Positions 35,501 through 44,515 of a stretch of DNA of 64,000 nucleotides are shown in pieces (the stretch's first letter is position 1; every line of letters starts with the position of its first letter). The notes beneath the pieces were generated by a model that did not search any database, had not been told where the DNA came from, and saw nothing but the letters and a program-made list of their open reading frames with translations. Both the position numbers and the translations under genes were made by a program. The DNA comes from Macrostomum hystrix (taxonomy: Eukaryota; Animalia; Platyhelminthes), in the NCBI GenBank assembly GCA_950097015.1, contig CATNEN010000001.1:26102001-26166000 (forward strand). The letters are read 5' to 3'.

Positions 35501-36684
35501 AAGTCCCAAATAGACACATCTAAGTCCCAAAAAGACACATCTAAGTCCCAAATAGACACATCTAAGTCCTAAATAGACACATCTAAGTCCCAAAAAGACA
35601 CATCTAAGTCCTAAATAGACACATCTAAGTCCTAAATAGACACATCTAAGTCCCAAAAAGACACATCTAAGTCCTAAATAGACACATCTAAGTCCTAGAC
35701 ACATCTAAGTCCCAAATAGACACATCTAAGTCCCAAATAGACACATCTAAGTCCCAAAAAGACACATCTAAGTCCCAAAAAGACACATCTAAGTCCCAAA
35801 TAGACACATCTAAGTCCTAAATAGACACATCTAAGTCCCAAATAGACACATCTAAGTCCCAAATAGACACATCTAAGTCCTAAATAGACACATCTAAGTC
35901 CCAAAAAGACACATCTAAGTCCCAAAAAGACACATCTAAGTCCTAAATAGACACATCTAAGTCCTAAATAGACATATCTAAGTCCTAAATAGACACATCT
36001 AAGTCCTAAATAGACATATCTAAGTCCCAAATAGACATATCTAAGTCCTAAATAGACACATCTAAGTCCTAAATAGACATATCTAAGTCCCAAATAGACA
36101 CATCTAAGTCCTAGACACATCTAAGTCCTAAATAGACACATCTAAGTCCTAGACACATCTAAGTCCCAAATAGACACATCTAAGTCCCAAAAAGACACAT
36201 CTAAGTCCCAAATAGACACATCTAAGTCCCAAATAGACACATCTAAGTCCCAAATAGACACATCTAAGTCCCAAATAGACACATCTAAGTCCCAAATAGA
36301 CACATCTAAGTCCCAAATAGACACATCTAAGTCCCAAATAGACACATCTAAGTCCCAAATAGACACATCTAAGTCCCAAATAGACACATCTAAGTCCCAA
36401 ATAGACACATCTAAGTCCCAAATAGACACATCTAAGTCCCAAATAGACACATCTAAGTCCCAAATAGACACATCTAAGTCCCAAATAGACACATCTAAGT
36501 CCCAAATAGACACATCTAAGTCCCAAATAGACACATCTAAGTCCCAAATAGACACATCTAAGTCCCAAAAAGACACATCTAAGTCCCAAATAGACACATC
36601 TAAGTCCCAAATAGACACATCTAAGTCCCAAATAGACACATTTAAGTCCCAAATAGACACATCTAAGTCCCAAAAAGACACATC
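32586..36684. repeat. 21-bp minisatellite (GACACATCTAAGTCCCAAATA), ~195 copies, inside the Polinton
   Basis: Tandem copies with variant units; block duplication with 1135-bp period (34560 vs 35695). Confidence 0.97.
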
Positions 36685-36726
36685 TTATAAATGATTTACT
36701 TTTTTTTTATTTTTTATCATAGAAAA

Positions 36727-37527
36727 ATGGACTTTTCAAACGACTTCAATCCTCACTGGACACGTAATCAGATTAAGTTTTCTCATCATGAGTCAACTTC
36801 GAGTCACTTCAGATGCATTGTTGTTGGTTCGTCAGGTTCAGGCAAAACATTCAGAGTCTTTAACATGCTTCTTAGACCTGGCTTTATCGACTATGACACT
36901 CTGCACATCTACTCTCCCACCCTGTATTAAGATGAGTATAAAATGTTGATCTCTGGACTGCAAAACAGACTGCACAAAGAGCACATTATTCAATGTTTTA
37001 ATAACCAAAAGAGCCTTCCCAGTAACCCAGAAATTGTAGCTGCCGAATATGCAAAGTACATCAAAGACAATGAAAAATGGCAGAACATTAAAGTGTTCAC
37101 ATACGGAGATCCGCAGGTTGATCCTAAGACCAAACTTCTACCCCAACCAGATGAGCTAGAAAAGGGGCGAAAACATTTGATTGTCTTTGATGATTGCATG
37201 ACAGGCCCACAGAAGCAGATAGAAAACTATTTTACAAGAGGACGGCATAACAATTGTAACGTAATTTACATTGCCCAGAACTGGTTCGAGCTCCCGAACA
37301 AAACAATTCGTGGGAACTGCAATCTGATCCTCCTGTTTCCAACAATTCCACAGGACAGGCTAAAAAGATTTTACAATGAGGTCATTGCGCCTGCCTATTT
37401 TGTAAATCCAACAAAAATCTCCAACAGAAAGATTTCACAGGAGGAATTCGTTAATCTTTGCTATGACAAGTGGAATCAACCTTACCAGTTTGTGATGATC
37501 AACAAAGAAAAAAGAACTGTAATTTAA
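36727..37527 (+). pseudogene. A32/FtsK-type genome-packaging ATPase with one premature stop
   Basis: Walker A GSSGSGKT, Walker B LIVFDD, FTRGRH, IAQNWF; in-frame TAA at 36928-36930 (SPTLY*DEY, probably CAA>TAA). Confidence 0.9.
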
Positions 37528-37552
37528 ATTAATTTAAAATTTCTATTGAAAA

Positions 37553-38119
37553 ATGTCTATTAATTTTGCAGGTGAATCGTTGGATCGCGGAAGCACACTC
37601 ACTAGTGCTCAAGTTTCTTACCTTGACAGGCGTCATATAAATGTTGACGAAAAAATTCCAGAAATCAAACTCATTAAAGATCGCTTGAAAGCCCTAGAGC
37701 GGGCAACACACCAACGACAAATAAACATGGAAGACCTGCGGTTGAGCGTAGCAAAGCGGAAGGAAGAGATTGACATACTATATGTACAGTTTGTTCATGA
37801 TCGGGATACTCTTGTTGCAGCGATACCCACTCTGAGATCAGACATCGCCACTCTGAGATCAGACATCGCCACTCTGAGAACTGCCATTAATAATCGAGCA
37901 AACTTGGTGGAAGAAAGAGTAACAGAAAATTCAAATAAAGTTCGAAATTTAGAAGCCTTTATGCTAAGATCAAGCACTGTGCATGATAGATTGAGTTCGC
38001 GACTCACAGCAGCAGATTGCTACCGATTCATGATGATTGTTCATTTGCTTGTGGAGGAGCCTGGAAAGATCTTTAATCCAAACGTAGTGGGCATTTTCTC
38101 GCAAATCACCTATGATTAG
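37553..38119 (+). CDS. Coiled-coil protein (188 aa), possibly fibre-like; C-terminus probably chimeric
   Basis: AAAAATG start; heptad repeat TLRSDIA twice; last ~35 codons are antisense to pPolB sequence. Confidence 0.6.
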   Translation: MSINFAGESLDRGSTLTSAQVSYLDRRHINVDEKIPEIKLIKDRLKALERATHQRQINMEDLRLSVAKRKEEIDILYVQFVHDRDTLVAAIPTLRSDIATLRSDIATLRTAINNRANLVEERVTENSNKVRNLEAFMLRSSTVHDRLSSRLTAADCYRFMMIVHLLVEEPGKIFNPNVVGIFSQITYD

Positions 38120-39244
38120 AAGATCGACATCTATGCGACGCCCACCTTCAGGATCTAGCGTGTTTTTACTGGCTCTGACTAATTGTACTTTTTCGCTCTT
38201 CTCATTCCATTCAAAGACTGTGATTCTGATTTTATTGTTAAATACTTCCTCTAGCTTTGGGATTTGATCGATTGCCAAGCCGCCTCTATTGAAGGAAATT
38301 CCTTTAGCATGGCATTCTAAAAGTTTTGCGTCAAAATAAATTTTATAATGAGAAGTTCTCTCTGGGTGGGCTCGATCCTTGTCATACAATATTGCAGACA
38401 AAACTGCCCATAGTGCACAGCATTGGTCATAATTTTGCACATTGATGCAAGCTTTTTTACTCGCTAGCTTTTTCGGGAGCTCAATATATGATGAAGCTTT
38501 GAGAGGGTCATATTTAATGATCATTACTGTAGCTTTTTGAATGCCATTGACAACCCAACCTGATCCTCTGGAAGTAAAGGCGTCAATCTTTTTACTGATC
38601 TCTTGAAGAAAAGGATCCTGTGTGTCAGTGGGAGTAAAGGGTAGAGCTTTAGTAGTCATGTAGTATTCAAGACGCTCAGTGGGTTTTGCAGGCATGTAAA
38701 ATTCAATCTTGAATGATAACTGAAGCTTGAAGGTCTTACGTGACTTCAGTGTGTGATCAATTACTGATTGAATTCTGTCTTTGAAGTCGTAAATGTCGGA
38801 TTGGGAATTTGTGGTGTCTTCCTGGATTGTGTACTCAATATAATACTCTGTGAATTTTCTCTGTGCAAATTTAAGGTCTTCAGTTTGTAGCTCTGCTTCA
38901 ACCTGGTGGATTGTACGTTCTAGATCTTCTTGCTCTTGCTTATTCTGTGGGTATTTCAACACCTTTTGACCTGTGACTGTCTCATACTTATTGACTAAGC
39001 TGCGGCTCTTTTGTTGATGCTCAGCTGCAGGGTTCATCACTGGTGTGTACTGCTCTGAATGCAGAAGTTGATTAATAATTTCTTGCTGTATTGCATAGCT
39101 CCCGAGGTAGCCTGGATCTTGATTGAATTTCTGCCTGCAAAGCTCTTGCAGGACTTGACTTTTTTGTTGAAACGATTGAGCTTGAGGACAATAATTTTGA
39201 AAGAAAGATTCGACAATTTTTTTTTCTGGAATTGCTTTAGGCAT
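37970..39244 (-). CDS. N-terminal part of protein-primed DNA polymerase B (terminal protein/OTU-like region); exonuclease and polymerase domains absent
   Basis: RGSGW, YDPLKASSYIELP, KKACINVQNYDQCCALWAVL and HYVWIKDLSRLL are Polinton pPolB N-terminal motifs; ORF ends shortly after. Confidence 0.85.
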   Translation of the reverse strand: MPKAIPEKKIVESFFQNYCPQAQSFQQKSQVLQELCRQKFNQDPGYLGSYAIQQEIINQLLHSEQYTPVMNPAAEHQQKSRSLVNKYETVTGQKVLKYPQNKQEQEDLERTIHQVEAELQTEDLKFAQRKFTEYYIEYTIQEDTTNSQSDIYDFKDRIQSVIDHTLKSRKTFKLQLSFKIEFYMPAKPTERLEYYMTTKALPFTPTDTQDPFLQEISKKIDAFTSRGSGWVVNGIQKATVMIIKYDPLKASSYIELPKKLASKKACINVQNYDQCCALWAVLSAILYDKDRAHPERTSHYKIYFDAKLLECHAKGISFNRGGLAIDQIPKLEEVFNNKIRITVFEWNEKSEKVQLVRASKNTLDPEGGRRIDVDLLIIGDLRENAHYVWIKDLSRLLHKQMNNHHESVAICCCESRTQSIMHSA

Positions 39245-39407
39245 TTTTAATGAAAATTTTATTAAAAAAAATTTAGGGTGGTCACCCTCAAGTGAAGTGT
39301 AAAGTATGGCAAACTACTACCAACAGTGCTAAATATAGTTATGAGAGCAGATTCTGTTCTGTTCTGTTTTCACATCCGGAGTATTGTAAATCCTGCTTTA
39401 TGCAGTG

Positions 39408-39800
39408 TCATGATGGCTTTAACGATTTCTGATTTGCTGACTGATTCATCAGCTGATTCATCAGATCACAACTACCCATTCCGATTCTGACTCCTTTTTC
39501 TCTAGCGATTTTCTCCATCTCTTGTTGATGTGCTCTGTCATTGCCAGCCTTCACAGCTGATGCAACTCCGCCGGCTACACCTCCTGCAGCACCAAGAGCA
39601 CCTGCGATGATGGGGATAAGAGTTAGCAAAGGAAGAATCCCGCCTGTCTTCTCATCAGTGATATTGTGCGTTTGATTGTTACAATGGATCAGATGCTGGA
39701 TTGGATCTACTTTGACTTTGACACCTTTAATTGATACAACTCCTGGCTTCTTAGAGTCGATAATTCTGCTGATTTTATTCACGGTTCTGGTTTCAATCAT
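39408..39800 (-). CDS. Putative membrane-active virion protein (130 aa)
   Basis: KTGG/ILPLL adenain-type site followed by Gly/Ala-rich hydrophobic helix IPIIAGALGAAGGVAGGVASAV. Confidence 0.65.
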   Translation of the reverse strand: MIETRTVNKISRIIDSKKPGVVSIKGVKVKVDPIQHLIHCNNQTHNITDEKTGGILPLLTLIPIIAGALGAAGGVAGGVASAVKAGNDRAHQQEMEKIAREKGVRIGMGSCDLMNQLMNQSANQKSLKPS

Positions 39801-39816
39801 TTTATTTAAAAAAAAT

Positions 39817-40812
39817 TTAATTTATTTCTGTGTCATGTGGAATCACTAGAAGCTCAGCCTTTGTGAATGATCGTGTGGGGGCTTTTGAATTAAAGTCTTG
39901 GGATAGAAAATAGTAATCACCGGATGCTGATGTGAAACGCCTGTTTATCTTATGTACATCAAGACTAAAGTATGGGTCTGTTGCTCTTCTCTTTGTGTCC
40001 TTCTCCAGCTCTCCTGGTAAGTAAAGGAAGCGAACGAATTCAGAGTTAGTAATAATTTCCGGAGAATAAACGCCAGGGAGCTTTGGAATTGGGAATTGGG
40101 AATTGGAGATCGGATGTTTTGAATTAACTGTGTCTTGTTTGATGGCAGTATTTGGTTTCAGGTTTGTCATTCGAGATACTTCATTGTTCAGTTGACTTAT
40201 TACTGCGGGGAGTCTTTCTGTCCACTTGGTATAGTATTGGCCACTTTTTAGTTTCAGCTCTTCAGCTGTCTGCTTTGTGAAAAGTCTCTTTGCTAGAGTT
40301 AGATTGAATCTTTCAACAAAAGCCTGGTCTCTATGGAGCTCAGTTCTTCCGTAGCGCATTTTCGTATTGTTCTTTTCCATAAGGGATTTGACTGCTCCCA
40401 TGAATTCTTTGCCAGGATCAGTCATAAAGGTTTGGGGGTATGTGAGCGGTGAGTTTTTGTAAATGTCTTGGAGGGCAGCTGCAACTGCTTCTGACTTCTT
40501 AGTCTTAAGCGGTCTGGCGTCTTTATATCTGGAGGCAATGTCTATAACTGTGAGCGCATACTTGTAGCCTGAGTCATTGGGGAGAAACAGAAGATCTGCT
40601 TGGTGCGCTTCATTAGGTTTATAGATGTTAAAGTGAGGTCTTGTAAATTTAACAGGTGGGAAATAGACTTGGTAAACTGCTTGCTTAGAGAGCCATCTTT
40701 CAACTGTTTGTTTTGATTCATTGCTTAGTTCTGCGAGTTTAGTGACTGCATTTTTTCCTACAAAGAATCCTTTGTCGCTGTAGTAGAGCTTTTGAAGTTT
40801 CTGATCTGTCAT
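39817..40812 (-). CDS. Retroviral-like (RVE) DDE integrase, Polinton type, 331 aa
   Basis: HQADLL, YALTVIDIASRY, TDPGKEF and VERFNLTL; intact frame; consistent with the 6-bp TSD. Confidence 0.93.
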   Translation of the reverse strand: MTDQKLQKLYYSDKGFFVGKNAVTKLAELSNESKQTVERWLSKQAVYQVYFPPVKFTRPHFNIYKPNEAHQADLLFLPNDSGYKYALTVIDIASRYKDARPLKTKKSEAVAAALQDIYKNSPLTYPQTFMTDPGKEFMGAVKSLMEKNNTKMRYGRTELHRDQAFVERFNLTLAKRLFTKQTAEELKLKSGQYYTKWTERLPAVISQLNNEVSRMTNLKPNTAIKQDTVNSKHPISNSQFPIPKLPGVYSPEIITNSEFVRFLYLPGELEKDTKRRATDPYFSLDVHKINRRFTSASGDYYFLSQDFNSKAPTRSFTKAELLVIPHDTEIN

Positions 40813-40838
40813 TATTTTTTATTTAATTTTTTATAAAA

Positions 40839-41311
40839 ATGATGCAACGCTCTGGTGGAAACTTAGACTCACATGGACTGGTAGAAAAGCTTCCTCATCC
40901 AAACAAAGGCTGGACAATTCCGGCTACAAATATTGCGGGCCTTTGAATCCGCTTGAAATACAGCTAGATAAAAACAATAATCCAAATCCTGGGCATGAGC
41001 CTGTGAACGAGCTAGACTCTGTCTGTATGTGGCATGATATTAAGTATAGGGATTTTCCAGAGGAGAAGACTCGCTGGGACAAAGAAATGCTCAGAATGCT
41101 AGACAATATGGGGGCTTCAAGCGGGTGGAGGGAATCGATCGCTCGGAAGCTAGTTAAAGCTGTTATTTTTGGTAAGACAAAGTTAGGGTTGGGGATTGGC
41201 GGGGTGGGTGGTGGTGGAATTGGCTTTATATTGCATGCTTCAAATAAGGAACTTGGAGTTCTGCTGAAAGAGCTGGGGGTTGAGAAGATAAGAGAAGCTC
41301 CGCATTCTTAA
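40839..41311 (+). pseudogene. Parvovirus-VP1-type phospholipase A2 domain protein with a 1-nt frameshift near 40920
   Basis: AAAAATG at 40839; GWTI[fs]GYKYCGPLN Ca-loop and PVNELDSVCMWHDIKY catalytic HD motif. Confidence 0.85.
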
Positions 41312-41470
41312 TCCTGGAATAATCACAGAAGAAGGCAACGTGGACTACGTTTTCAAGAGGGGACTCAAGGTAAGAAACTATTGACCGAAATTCAAATATT
41401 GAGTTTCTGCATTAGTAATTCATTTTCAAACTAAGATCCAACTTAAGTTTTAGAAAAGGAGCAAGCTTGG

Positions 41471-42127
41471 ATGGTAATTTTACAAGGGGATCTACAGAAG
41501 GCGCAACTTTTTAATCTGCTCAATGTTGCAATCGAAGCAATCGAAAGTCCTGCGAAGAAAGAGCAGCTAATAAAAGGATTTATAGAATTCTTTAACTTAG
41601 ATCGGGATTATTTTAAACGCCGAATTCTTCAATTAACCGAGGGTGAAAATCTGGAATCGGGCGACTACGAAAGGCAGCTTCAAGCCTTGCGTCAGATAAA
41701 GCGGGAGGAGACTTTCGCCAAGCTGCTAGCCGATTCCCGTTTGAGTAATAGTAGTGCTCTAATTCAACCACCTGATGAAAGTGACACCTCAATCGTCAAG
41801 CACATTAAGTATCACCTCCATCAGATGAAAAAGTCACAACGAAATGGTCTGCGTGCTGCAATAAGCATAGGAAACTTTCTTGTGGACTTTAAGGCGCAGG
41901 AGACTCGGCGATATTTCAAGATGATGGTGAAGGAGCACTATAACTATCTCCTTGAAAAGGTCCAAATAAAGCGGGCAGCCGCCTCGCTTTATGTGACCCT
42001 ATTCAAGCTTTCGATTGTATATCCAGGACTTCAGCAAGTTTCGCTGCCGATTCGTGAACTTAACGGCAAGCTGAAGCTTCTACAGACAGTTTTAGAGAAA
42101 GATTCATCCTGGAAAACTCTTCTTTGA
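41471..42127 (+). CDS. Hypothetical Polinton protein (218 aa, helical)
   Basis: Intact non-repetitive ORF inside the element; family not recognised. Confidence 0.7.
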   Translation: MVILQGDLQKAQLFNLLNVAIEAIESPAKKEQLIKGFIEFFNLDRDYFKRRILQLTEGENLESGDYERQLQALRQIKREETFAKLLADSRLSNSSALIQPPDESDTSIVKHIKYHLHQMKKSQRNGLRAAISIGNFLVDFKAQETRRYFKMMVKEHYNYLLEKVQIKRAAASLYVTLFKLSIVYPGLQQVSLPIRELNGKLKLLQTVLEKDSSWKTLL

Positions 42128-42129
42128 TC

Positions 42130-42323
42130 TTTTGTCTAACGCGTTAGATTTTTCTGCATATGTATTCAATATAGTTACTCGCGTGCTAAAGCGTTTGTGT
42201 GTGTCTGTTTTTGTCTAACGCGTTAGATTTTTTCTGCATATGTCTTCAATATAGTTACTCGCGTGCTAAAGCGTTTGTGTGTGTCTGTTTTTGTCTAACG
42301 CGTTAGATTTTTTCTGCATATGT
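42130..42323. repeat. ~80-bp tandem repeat (2.5 copies), each with perfect palindrome TCTAACGCGTTAGA
   Basis: Palindromes at 42135-42148, 42214-42227 and 42294-42307. Confidence 0.9.
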
Positions 42324-42354
42324 GAGTATAGTCTGATACGCTCGAAAAAAATTA

Positions 42355-43349
42355 TGCTAAGCGGTCTGTTCTTAGCACCCAATATCGCAGACATTGTCAA
42401 GGGTTTGAATATTCTAATCAGAAGTAATCTCAGTCGTGATTGGGTATTTAAGGGAAAGCGAACGAATATTTTGTACAACATCTCAAACTCTGTTGCTGGA
42501 GGACAGATGCTGGTAGAGAAACCAAGTCCAGTGAAAAGAGTTGTGCTAAGTAATAAGGAGATTCACGAGATTGTGCTGCAGTTTGAGACGGAAGATGGTG
42601 TTGGCGTTGATTTCAACGGTGAAGAGTTTGTATTGACGTTGATCATTGAGAGAATGTAAGCTGCTTAATGATTTCTGCAAAGTTATAGTAGCTGTCATAG
42701 TCCTTTATGGTTACTCCATACTCATGAAACCAGTGTCTTTGGAGAGCTAGATTAATATTAGGGACGTTGATATCAACGCCGGGCCAATATTTTCTCATGT
42801 ACTCGCTGCATTCTTGTTTGCATCGGTATTTACTCTTGTAATTAGGCTCATGACTTTTGTAATAAGATCCTGGAGAGACGATTGGGAGCATTTTTAATGA
42901 GAATATAATTTTTTTTCGGAGGATGAGCACCCTAGGTTTGGGGTCTTGAGTTTGGGGATTGGGATTTTAGTGCTAATTTGATTGTCTTGGCACGCTTTTT
43001 GCAGGTTCACTATTTTGTGCATGATCTCTTAGGGAGTGGCTGCGATAATTTGTTTTGTCCAAGTTCACAAACTGTAGAGACAGATTTTTTTTGGCGGGGA
43101 ACCTTCGGGAAAAATAAAGGTAATGGTTTGTGCATTAAGGAGGCTGCGATAATTTTTGTCCTAGATATTCAACTCACAAACTGATGTGGAATATTAAAAG
43201 TAGAGAATTTAGAATATGGAGACGGAGTGTTTTAGAGAGAGGCGGGGACCCTTTTTTCCTGATCTCTTCGGGAATAATAAAAGTAATGGTTTGTGGATAA
43301 TGGAGGCTGCGATTATTTTTGTCCTAGAAGCCCCCTCTTGCATACTACT
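42355..43349 (-). repeat. Right terminal inverted repeat (995 bp), containing the penton 3' end and a second copy of the 82-aa ORF
   Basis: Reverse complement of 28117-29111. Confidence 0.95.
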
Positions 43350-44007
43350 TCTCTCTCTCTCGGCTTGCAGCCGACCCCAGCCCAGCCCTGTTTGCTACCA
43401 CCCCAGCCCTGCGTGGCTTAGCCCTACCCCGTCCAGCCCTATGCCCTCGCCCCACCCCACGCGGTTATTTATTTGCGCGCGCTGCCCGTGGCCAGCCCCC
43501 GCGCCTCCAGAGTACTAGGGCGAGAACGTTGGCGAAGCTAATACAACATTAGAAAGTTGAATCCATAATAAACTACGCAGCCTGAAGCACCATTTATTGC
43601 ATGAGCTCCACGTTCAACCCCTCCCGGTAAGAAAAGTATTCACGCGTTATTTATTTCTTTATTATCGAATCTTATTCCTCTGCCCAACCTCGGCTGCTGC
43701 CAAAAACTCACCATCATCCTTCTCCTCCAGAGTCTTCCTCGAGTCTGCGAAGTGTCGGTACGCTTCCAGACCATCATCTACCTCTCTCTTGGGCTGTCGA
43801 GTGGCTACCCGCTCGCAGTCAAAACCTTCAGTCAGGGCTTAGCGAATGTCGGTACGCTCCAAGTCCATCCCGTCTCTCCTCGGAGTGTCTGGACGCCTCG
43901 AGGGTCGCTGCTTCCCCCCCTCTACCCCCGGCAAGCTTTGGGCGGTCCGTACCCGAACCCCCACTACCGCGTTGGCGAACTGCCGACAATACGAAAGAAT
44001 TGCAACA
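43350..44007 (+). repeat. 3' LTR, right part (first 6 bp are the Polinton TSD)
   Basis: Resumes LTR homology to ~20342-21005; ends CAACA, followed by TSD CAGG. Confidence 0.95.
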
Positions 44008-44026
44008 CAGGCTGCTCAAATCTCAC

Positions 44027-44515
44027 CTGCTCGCTGAACTGTCGAACGGCTTCTTCGCCCAGCGGCTTGGAGTCGAGAAATCTCTCCAGGCTGCAGCCAT
44101 CCAGCAGCTCCATGAACACAACAACTGTCGCATACTCAGGCTGAGCGATGTGCAAGAAGCTGACGATGTTGGGGTGCCGCAGCTGGCACAGGTTCTTCTC
44201 GCCCTCAATAAACTTGTCGATCTCCGTTTTCTTTGAAGGCTCCAGGTCGCCGAGCTGCACTGGCAGTCTGAGAGTCTTCGCAGCGCACCTGATGCCCTTG
44301 TCCGTGAGCACTTCGTGGACATCGCCGAAGCCTCCCCTGCCGATGAGTTTGACGGATTCCCAGCGCTCAATGAGAAACCTGAGGAATTTTTAGTGGCTGA
44401 TGAAAGCAAGCGGCAGGTGGACAGAAGAGCCGCAGATTGCAGAGAGCAGAAATGCAATAAAAGCAGCAGCAATGTATGTACTCACGGCTTTTCAAAGTAC
44501 TCCTTGCCTTCGTAC
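44027..44515 (-). CDS. Ankyrin-kinase copy 1, exons 5 (44515-44486) and 6 (44378-44027; kinase N-lobe)
   Basis: Phase-consistent GT-AG junctions; IGRGGFGDV, CAAK, E(alphaC), LRHPNIV, FMELL. Confidence 0.88.

Larger units (their letters stand above)
28117..43349. mobile_element. Polinton/Maverick (adintovirus-like) endogenous dsDNA virus, 15,233 bp, internally deleted
   Basis: AGTAGT...ACTACT ends; 995-bp TIRs; 6-bp TSD TCTCTC at 28111-28116 and 43350-43355 (CT run is 12 nt in the 5' LTR, 18 nt in total here); integrase, ATPase, capsid genes and pPolB N-terminus. Confidence 0.95.
20116..44007 (+). mobile_element. Ty3/Gypsy LTR retrotransposon (~8.65 kb without the nested Polinton), in intron 6 of kinase copy 1
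   Basis: TG...CA LTRs; TSD CAGG at 20112-20115 and 44008-44011; empty site GAGCAGGCTGCTC in the paralogue at ~56840; PR-RT-RH-IN order. Confidence 0.97.

Noticed and set aside
32586-36684. CRISPR-like array
   Set aside because: Head-to-tail 21-mers with no unique spacers and no cas genes; eukaryotic context
28117-43349. Assembly fold-back as the cause of the long inverted repeat
   Set aside because: The arms differ at several sites, have canonical AGTAGT ends and a 6-bp TSD, and the LTR resumes exactly on the far side
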